NCBI RefSeq assembly: GCF_009914755.1
Contig: NC_060928.1
Source of the DNA: the human T2T-CHM13v2.0 reference genome, Homo sapiens
Reading direction: 5' to 3' (one strand)
DNA length: 64,000 nt
The notes under the pieces are model-generated. The model was not told where the DNA came from. It saw nothing but the letters and a program-made list of their open reading frames with translations, and searched no databases. Positions 54,684-64,000 of the stretch are shown here, one piece after another. A program made the position numbers and the translations under genes. Every line of letters starts with the position of its first letter. Position 1 is the stretch's first letter.

Positions 54684-55330
54684 CAAATTGTCTCCTGTGT
54701 ACTTTTGATATGCTCTCATCTTTGTGTTTTAGTTGTTGTTAGCCTTCCTTACCTTCTGCCACGATGAGTTGTTTCAGGGTCCTCTTGGCTTTTACCTTTT
54801 CCAGACTTGGAATAAATTGTGAACTACTTTTCCAAGGAGCCCTGTCTCTTTTACCGAATAGTGGTAGTTAGGAACTATTTTCCTAGTGCTAGGTACGCTC
54901 TTTATTACCGGAGTGTCATCAGTTGTAGGCCCACTCCACCGACAGAATGTGGAAATAAATGTTATCTGTACTAGCTCATGTTTATATATATTTGTGTATT
55001 TATTTATTTATTAATCTGTGTTTATATATAATGTATATATATGCACATCACATATATGAATAATGTCAAACATACACACACCCCAAAATAAAGCAAAATG
55101 TGAGTTCATACTGATATATCTGATCAGTCCACAGGGGTTAATACCACAGGGTTCATTCCATTATTACCCTTTTGCTCCTTTGAAACTTCTTTTTCCAACT
55201 AAATAAAAAATTGGTTTGTATTATCTACAATACATTTACATATTTGCTGAAACCTCGTATATGTGTAGTTTCAGAATTGCTAATACATATCCCTGTGTGA
55301 AACAAACTTGTTTACTAGAGTAGTAAACAA

Positions 55331-55409
55331 TTGCTTCCCAATTCGTGAATTGGTGTTTGCTCAAATTAACTCTATGATTTTATTGTTGTGTCAGTTTTTC
55401 TTTTAACAA
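55331..55409 (+). mobile_element. ERV1 (MER4-group) LTR 3' terminal fragment
   Basis: CTTCCCAATTCGTGAATTG..TTTGCTCAAATTAACTCT...GTTTTTCTTTTAACA, a typical LTR end. Confidence 0.55.
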
Positions 55410-55768
55410 TAGAAAGTGCTGACCTGAGAAATATAATCCCAGTGAGAGAGGGGAGTGGACCTTTTTTACAGGAGAAAATACACAGGAAGAGGCAGGTAAG
55501 AATTGAGACAGAGAAAAGTAAAAACAGAATTAACTGATTATAATTCACATTCCAGATTCACTTGATTTCTTGTTTCCTGTCCTCCTATTCTAGGGGATAT
55601 CTGAACACTGAAGAACTAACAATGTTAACACTCTGCTCCCCTTTTCTTAAGTAGCTCAATGAATTTCCATTATTTGTAACCAAAAGAACCTCAACTAGAA
55701 CAAGGAACATGGAATTCAAAGAACCTAGTCTGTTAAAAAGTCTGTTTCTGCACTTCCTCAAGATCCTA

Positions 55769-56158
<390 letters not shown>

Positions 56159-56766
56159 TTATCAAATGATCTCAGAGAACCCTTTACTTTTAGAAATGTA
56201 AATGTATTCAACTATACACGTGTTAAACATATTTTATAATGACATATGATATTGACTCATAAATATATATTATCAAATGCCTAAGACATACAAAAGGACA
56301 TATTTATAAATTTATTGTTTTAACTATGAAACAAGAACATTTAATTGAAGGAAAGAAATTTGCTTTGATCTTAATGATAATCATAATAAATTTGATTTAT
56401 GTAGTGAATTATATTTCTTCCTGTCAAACTACAACACAGAATACTCCTTGTTCTTAGCAATTCTTCATTATAAGTTTTTGAAAATAATAACTGAGATTAA
56501 GAAGGGTTGAGAATAAAAATAATGCATTTTCAACAGATTAATTTTAATTATTAAATAAAAATTTAAGTCTTTATATATAGGTAAAAATTGGTTTGAAATG
56601 GCTCTTATTTTTATATCATATATAATGACATTGTAATACTAAATCAAAATATTCATTTAGATTTTTAAATGTTCATGGTAGAGCATATTAAATGTAGTGA
56701 CCAACCTCACAGTAATAAAACACCTTCTTAAGGAACAAAAGATAGCTAACTAAATTTTGTATGTTT

Positions 56767-57072
56767 CTGTTTTTTTTTTTTTTTTTTTTTTTTGAGACGG
56801 AGTCTCTCTATGTCACCCAGGCTGGAGTGCAGTGGCACGATCTCGGCTCACTGCAACCTCCACCTCCCTGGTTCAATTCCCCTGCCTCAGCCTCGTGAGT
56901 AGCTGGGATTACAGGTGCACACCACCACATCCAGCTAATTTTTTGTATCTTTAATAGAGACAAGGTTTCACCATGTTGGCCAGATTGGTCTCGAACTCCT
57001 GACCTGAGGCAATCTGCCTGCCTCAGCCTCCCAAAATGCTGGGATTACAGGTATGAGCCACCATGCCCAGCC
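56767..57072 (-). mobile_element. AluS, full length
   Basis: Poly(T); 13-bp TSD ATTTTGTATGTTT at 56754-56766 and 57073-57085. Confidence 0.95.
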
Positions 57073-57410
57073 ATTTTGTATGTTTATTAGAAAAATTTAA
57101 AGTAAAAAAAAAGTATTATAAGATGGATTATACCTACACATATATATAATTTTCATTAATAAGTGAGGTAGTAAGGTAAGTATGAAAACACCTTAAAAGG
57201 AAAACCGAGGCATAAAGATGAAAAAAAGTTTTAAGGTCACAATAAAAGTCAGTGCCCATACTAGAACCAATGATCTTCCTAATGTTCACCTAGGGCTTCA
57301 TCTTCTACCCCAGTTTCCTTCCACAAAGCCCAACAACTGTTTAATTCTATTGCAATGGTAAAGGGTAAAATTGAGGGGAGGGAGTACTTCTCCAAGAGTC
57401 TCATTCTATT

Positions 57411-57444
57411 TGTGTGTGTTGTGTGTGTGTGTGTGTCTGTGTGT
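57411..57444. repeat. (TG)n microsatellite
   Basis: Interrupted TG run, read directly. Confidence 0.9.
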
Positions 57445-57689
57445 TTCATGTGCTGTTAAATGCTAATATTCTGTGTTAGCGCAGGAGATATGTGATGGAG
57501 TTTATACAAAAAAAGATAATTTGCAAGTCATACATACTATATTTTGATTAAAATGTTGCTGACATGCTTTTTTGAAAAGGCCTTTTCTAAACTCTCTACA
57601 CACTTCCACTGGAACTCCAGTACAGTTTCTGCATCATGGAATACAGAAGGAACATACAGTGAGGCAAGATAGTGTGTTGAGAATTATAG

Positions 57690-57830
57690 TAAATAACTAA
57701 GTGAGCCCACTAGAAGGATACAATTTCTTTGGGTAAGACATGAAGATAAATAAATGGAAACTGGATATCTTTAGTACCTAACAAAGTTTCCAGCATACAG
57801 TAAGTACTCAATAAATACTTTTAAAGGATC
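57690..57830 (+). mobile_element. L2 3' terminus
   Basis: AGTACCTAACAAAGTTTCCAGCATACAGTAAGTACTCAATAAATACTT. Confidence 0.7.
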
Positions 57831-58019
57831 ATAAAAGTTTTTAGAAAAGGATAAAACTTTTTAGAGAAGCCAGGTAATTATTTTGTTTGATCCTTTGTGT
57901 TGGAATAAAAATAATGAATTAAAGTGGAAAAAAAGATAAAATCCATCTCAGCAAATTTATAGGAACCAATTCCTGGAACACTTTATCTATTTACTTATTC
58001 CCATCCACATAGATTAAGC

Positions 58020-58278
58020 TATATATATATACACACATATATATATATATACATATACATATATACACATATATACACATATATATACACATATATATAC
58101 ACATATATACACACATATATATACATATATACACACATATATACATATATACACATATATATACATATATACATATATATACATATATATACACATATAT
58201 ATACATATATACACATATATACATATATATACACATATATATACATATATATACACACATATATATACATATATATAT
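58020..58278. repeat. Compound (TA)n/(CA)n microsatellite, ~260 bp
   Basis: Continuous ACATATAT/ACACATATAT units. Confidence 0.97.
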
Positions 58279-59602
58279 CTTCACAGCAATGAGATAATCA
58301 AGTGCTTTATAAAATTCCTTATTAGTCAGTGAGATTAATACTCATCTTAATTTTACTTATAAACATTTACTTATAAACTGCCTTAACATTTGTGAAATAT
58401 GTGATATTATGTGACTTGCAATAATGAATAAATCATTTTCATTGATTTAATAAAGACAGTATTTTCCAAGCAAATAGGACAATGGAGTAGATTGGTTATA
58501 ATGTCTTCATCATCACTATCAGTCACAAATGCATGTGATATTGGTCTATTTGCATACGATGTTTTGCTGGGCACTTCTAACACCTTCTTCAGTGAATAAA
58601 TCAGCAGCAAGATGACAATAGTCTTCTGGAAAGCAATCAAACTTTAAAACAATATTGAAATACATGGTTAGGCAAGAAAAATGTTTGCCTTAAAAGTTCC
58701 GGATATTATGGGAAGTCAATGTAGATATTCAAGATTAAGTTCAATATAAAATTGTGCACTATATTTTGAGAGTGATACTTAGCACCGAGCTTTTACTCTT
58801 CTAAAGTGCTTTTGCATTTACTAGAAACAAATTAGAGCAGGGAGATAACTTTTTTCAAAATATTACACTTATTTGAATCTCATTTATACAGAGCTTTGAA
58901 TTTGGCAAAATAATTCAATGCAAATCTTTCCAGTAATATGTCTTTTATCAAAGCTCTGAGATTTATTTCCAATTTTTCCACAAACAAGTCCCTTCTTTAC
59001 TATCTCCATTTTCTATTTTAGTATGTCAAATAGCAAAATGAAAAATAGAAAGGAAATAGCATTAATCTGTCATGGCACTAAATACTAGTCCCAATTTTGC
59101 TTCCCCCAATCTTAAGGGGCAAAATGTGGCTGGGTGGACAATAATTTTTATCTTCTCAATATACGGTATTTTTGTGTAGTTCACCATAAATCAGTCTCAA
59201 ACTTAACAGGACACTTTAAAGACGCATCTCCTAATGTTCTTACTCAGTTCCATTATATTTTACAGGTTCATTATAAGCTAAAATGTTATGTAATTGAAAA
59301 ACAAGTCATGTCAATTATGTTTATTGTTGACAAAATGTTTACTCTGTAAATATCAATTATTAAGAAATATGACTTGAGAAAGGTGTATAACTGATAAGTT
59401 TTATCAAGGTAATCAAATGCAATAATGTTCTCCATCAATGAGACTCTTCTCTCTGTGATTTTTAAATGTTCACAGGCCACAAAAGTTTCAAAGCTCACAT
59501 TGCTTCTACAACCAGATTCCAGGATTACCAACACACACATAATACAAATGCAATGGCTCTGATTTCACACCTATTTAAATGAGGAATTTAAAAGATGGCC
59601 TT

Positions 59603-59921
59603 AGCCGGGTGAGGAGGCTCACGCCCGTAATCCCAGCACTTTGGGAGGCCAAGGCAGGCAGATCATCTGAGGTCAGGAGTCTAAAACCAGCCTGACTAAC
59701 ATGGAGAAACCCCATCTCTACTAAAAATACAAAATCAGCCGGGCGTGGTGGCACATGCCTGTAATCCCAGCTACTCAGGAGGCTGAGGCAGGAGAATTGC
59801 TTGAACCTGGGAGGCGGGAGGCAGAGGTTGCAGTAAACCGAGATCGTGCCATTGCAATCCAGCCTGGGCAACAAGAGTGAAACTCAGTCTCAAACAAACA
59901 AACAAACAACAACAAAAAAAA
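59603..59921 (+). mobile_element. AluSp-like, full length
   Basis: ATGGAGAAACCCC and CAACAAGAGTGAAACTC diagnostics; internal 7-bp duplication GGGAGGC; degenerate TSD AAAGATGGCCTT/AAAAATGGCGTT. Confidence 0.93.
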
Positions 59922-60606
59922 TGGCGTTTTTTGTCATAATTAGAGTGTATATGGCACAGGCTATTCAGCCCTAACGAGCTCTTTCTTCCTTGCCAGAAAG
60001 TCATTCCTCAGCATCTTTTTTCACTGCAATTTTGTCCAGAGAGAAAAAAGAGAGAGAATTTTCTTTCTGATACAGAGAGGTAAGAGAGAAGCGTTCACAC
60101 TTTTTGCTTTGAGTGTTCATTCAGTGAAGACAGACATAATGATCGAAGTTGCTGCACCACTTTGTGACTGCTTGAGACTTCTAACCCCTGAACCATACAT
60201 CTAAAGCTCTTACAATATGCAACCTAAATATACGGGCTAATAATCTAATGAACTTTCAAATAAAACACCAGTATAATCAAGGTGAATGCTAAATTTTGTC
60301 TTTTTTCTCCCTAGAATTAGCTATGTGTCAACTCTGTGTAGATTATTATTTCCGCAAACTGAAGTAAGAGAGAATAGTTTGAAACAAATTATAATATTAA
60401 TTCTAAGAATTCATTTCACTTAGTATTATATAGGCATTTGCTTAAAGTCATGCTTCTCAGAATCTACATAATAATTTACTTACTTTATAAATATAATGGG
60501 TGTGGTTTTCTTTTTGTGCCATGACATAACAACTTTTTCTCAAAAAGAATGTGTTGGAATTAATTACTTCTGACAATAACAGTATAGCATCTCACGATAT
60601 AGTGAT

Positions 60607-60880
<274 letters not shown>

Positions 60881-61217
60881 TTAGCTCAAAGGAAACTCTA
60901 ATATTAATTTTATTAATTTTTTACCACTTATTAATTTCATATCACTTTCTCAAATATTCCTTTGCTTTCCACATATTTCTGACTTTCTAATAAATAATTA
61001 GTTAACTTTCAGGAATAGAAAAATTATTTATTCTTTGCCACACAACTCATGCTTTTTGAAAACCCAAAATGTAAAACAATCTTTAAGAATATAAAAATAT
61101 TCTAAGTTGTAATTTAATTAGACAATAGAGTTAATAGAGTGCTTAACTGCCAAAATCTTTAAGTTAAAATAGTGAATAATATAATTACTCATGTTTATAA
61201 TAAACAGTTTCCAGATG

Positions 61218-61530
61218 TTTTTCTTTTTTTTTTTTTTATTTTTGTTTTTGTTTTTCTGGCGAGGTCTCACTCTGTCTCCCAGGTTGGAGTACAATGACAC
61301 GATCTCAGCTCACTGCAACCTCCACCTCCCAGGCTCATACAATCCTCCTGCATCAGCCTCAAGATGAGCTGGGACTACAGGTGTATGCCACCACACTCAG
61401 CTAATTTTTTGTATTTTTGGTAGAAACAGGGTTTCACCATGTTGGCCAGGCTGGTCTCAAACTCCTGAGCTCAGGCCATCATCCCTCCTCGGCCTCCCAA
61501 AGTGGCTGGGATTACAGGTGTGAGCCACCC
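61218..61530 (-). mobile_element. AluJb-like
   Basis: CCCAGGCTCATACAATCCTCC, CTCCTGAGCTCAGG; flanking ATGTTTTTC on both sides. Confidence 0.9.
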
Positions 61531-62899
61531 CAATGTTTTTCATTACTGAAGAAACATTTGCAAAAAAAAACTTACCACCAAGCTTATTGTTATTACAATT
61601 ATTACTATTATGGGAAATACTTAAGAGGGTGAACACTTAACATGTTCATTTCCTTTTTCCAGTTTTTGTCTGTTCATTTTCAAATCACAGGAAAGTTGCC
61701 TTTGTGACTAAGGTTAGTCTGTTTAAATATACCAAGATATATCACATGGGTTTTAAAAGGAAACTCATTTCCCCATTTTGAGAAATCAGTCTGATGTTCC
61801 CTACTAAGACGTTTGGACAGATGATTATAGCTGTTCAGCCAATGAACAAGCTGCATCACTGCCAAGACTTCCTCCCTCCAGTCACGGATTAGTGATCTTT
61901 GGGCAGCTGCCTATGCAAGAACGAAAAGATGCATGTGTGTCTGTCTCAAATCCTCTATAGTAATTCTAATTGACTGCAGTGATATCTACTGGTGACAGTG
62001 GAGAAGGTTGACAGCTTCAGGCCTTGTTGTTGCAGCCAAAAAGCTACTCTCATGAAGATCTTAGATGAGTATATTAAGTACTTCCACTAGCTCAGCTGGT
62101 GAAGTTACTTTAGCTCACTTGGCATGAGCACTGGCCTGAGAATAGTAAATCAGCTCTTAAAAGTATCTTCTTGTCATCTGAATTGTAAATGTTCAGTGAG
62201 CTAATCCACATCTTCTTTTATAAATAGAACTGACCCTCTAGCACTGTAGTACCATCAGGCAACTTTTTTCCCTCATTTTGTTAACTTTTCCTTTGCTTAA
62301 CCCTATTTGCCCTTCTATACACAGTAAGTGGCAATCTTAGAATAGCTCAAGATAAAATATCATAAAAGAGGATCACAGGTGAACAATACAGTACATCAGT
62401 GTGCTGGACTTTTATGTAGTAAAAGGCTGTCAGGAGTTAAACTTCTTTAAATTGTTTGTTGCAGAGGAGTAGAAGAGTATCCACTTCAGAAAACTCAGAG
62501 CAAAGGAAACATTCAGTTAGACAACCCAACAAAGTGCTACTGCTTTTAAGTAACATACATGATCAGAGTTTTCCCAAATTATCTGAAATAGTTCATGAAC
62601 CTCTATTTTAGATGGTTTAAGGAAACAATAGAAGTTCATCATTTTTAATATACCATAATTCGACATTGAGAATAAACTGTTTCACTAGATTGTAATGATT
62701 TAGTCCTGCTTTAGGCCGGACATAACAGTATGTTTACACATTTTCTTTATCTAATGATACATAAAATACTCTTTTAAACACAATCATAAACATCAACAAA
62801 GACATCTGAAGACTCTGAAGTCTTGCTTTTAACATAGACAAATAATTGCCCGAGGCACAAAACTTCAAGTTTTCCAGCAAATAAAGCATGCAATTAACA

Positions 62900-63050
62900 A
62901 AGGAGCTAATTGAATTTTTTCTTACTTGATATACTTGACAGAATGGGCTGTGCTTTATTGACTTTTACATACCCAGTTCCTTGAACATAGGACAGCATAA
63001 ATAGTAGATGGTTAATAATTCATTGCTAAATACAGAAATGAAGAATAAAT
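62900..63050 (+). mobile_element. L2 3' terminus
   Basis: ACCCAGTTCCTTGAACATAGGACAGCATAAATAGTAGATGGTTAATAATTCATTG. Confidence 0.55.
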
Positions 63051-64000
63051 GACACTTAATTGCAGCAACACAGTCTTACCATTTCTGAACTTCATTGGAA
63101 AGTAAAATTGGCAAAATCAAATTTGGATGGTGCAGTGACAGTTTATCTGTCCTTACAAGGATGCCCTTATAAGTGAATTTAATTGCTTGTTTTATCTAAT
63201 TAGAAAACCTCTAAATATCCCAAAGATTATTAAGTTTCCCTCATTCATCACATTTTAATATTATCCAAGTGTTATAAATTACATGGCATAGGCATTTTAC
63301 TAACATAGTTCTGTTTAGGATAAGTAATATTTTCTCATTAAAACCTTTTTGTGATTTTTCCCCAAAACTATAAATCCTATTATTCATATATAGATCTTGT
63401 TATCTGGCTTAATTTAAAATTAATATGCTCATGATATTTTCTCTCTATAGGAAAAGCAGAGCAAGTCACTTTCTACACTGATGCAGGTTTATAAATGGAT
63501 AAATCTAATCCCTTAAAGCATACAATTACATATAGTAACACCCAAAGAAAGCAAGCTGGCCTTTAAGCTAGGTTTTAGTTCTGTGTTTCCAAACCCAGTT
63601 TCACAAAGGTTTTCATTATTGCTTATTTTAAATATCATTTGCCAAGCTCAACTGCCCTCAGGAACACCTTGCCCTGTAGATGCACAAATGATATGATTAG
63701 GATACTAATAAGAAACAGTGGTTAGAAAGCAAAAAGAGCCACTTGGGCTAGCTCTGAAAGCACCAATCCCTTCAAATAACCAAGATACCATTTATATGTT
63801 CTAAGATATTTGTGATGGAAAAGTAAACAAACAAGAAATTTCTATAGATTATAACAAGACATGTTTTAAAACTATTTGGTTTGAGATTCAGATCTGCTGG
63901 ATTGCTTCATTACTCAAATTTCACTCTCCAAAATTATTTCTTATTATATTGGCTTACAATGACCCTAAAAGAGAAATTAAAATGCAGAAAAGCATTCAGG

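Larger units (their letters stand above)
53205..55322 (-). mobile_element. L1MC4-like 3'UTR
   Basis: TAGATTTACAGAAGAGTTGCAAAGAT, CATTTGTCAAAACTAAGA, TTTCCAAGGAGCCCTG, TGAGTTCATACTGAT, GTTTCAGAATTGCTAA. Confidence 0.82.

Noticed and set aside
57991-58284. ORFs rich in Y/I/C/M/V
   Set aside because: Translations of the TA/CA microsatellite.
58407-59540. Two minus-strand ORFs (77 and 84 aa) in non-repeat DNA as exons or transposase remnants
   Set aside because: Non-ATG starts, no recognisable motif, and lengths within chance expectation; a BLASTX hit would be needed.

Overview
AT-rich, CpG-depleted primate DNA, almost certainly human given a near-consensus AluYa5. It is intergenic or deep intronic. 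I find no intact protein-coding gene; the listed ORFs are chance frames or derive from Alu, L1, LTR or microsatellite sequence. Much of the window is recognisable interspersed repeat (old L1M and L2, MIR, MaLR/ERV1/ERVK solo LTRs, Tigger3a, MER5A, about 13 Alus). Subfamily names come from remembered consensus sequences, not a RepeatMasker run. Standouts: (1) a ~340-bp retroposed fragment of the BRCA1 last exon (C-terminal codons plus proximal 3'UTR) at 11840-12180, with a target-site duplication (TSD) and almost no poly(A) tail; (2) a junction at ~50.6 kb containing two 40-nt pieces copied exactly from a locus 23 kb away, one inverted; (3) an unidentified 156-nt retroposed, A-tailed sequence with an 18-bp TSD at 54.5 kb; (4) several fold-back inverted repeats at element junctions, suggesting template-switch repair; (5) a three-level MIR>MER52>MER9 nesting with intact TSDs; (6) a young, possibly polymorphic AluYa5. 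I cannot support a new multi-gene system here; the novelty lies in retroposition and DNA-repair footprints.
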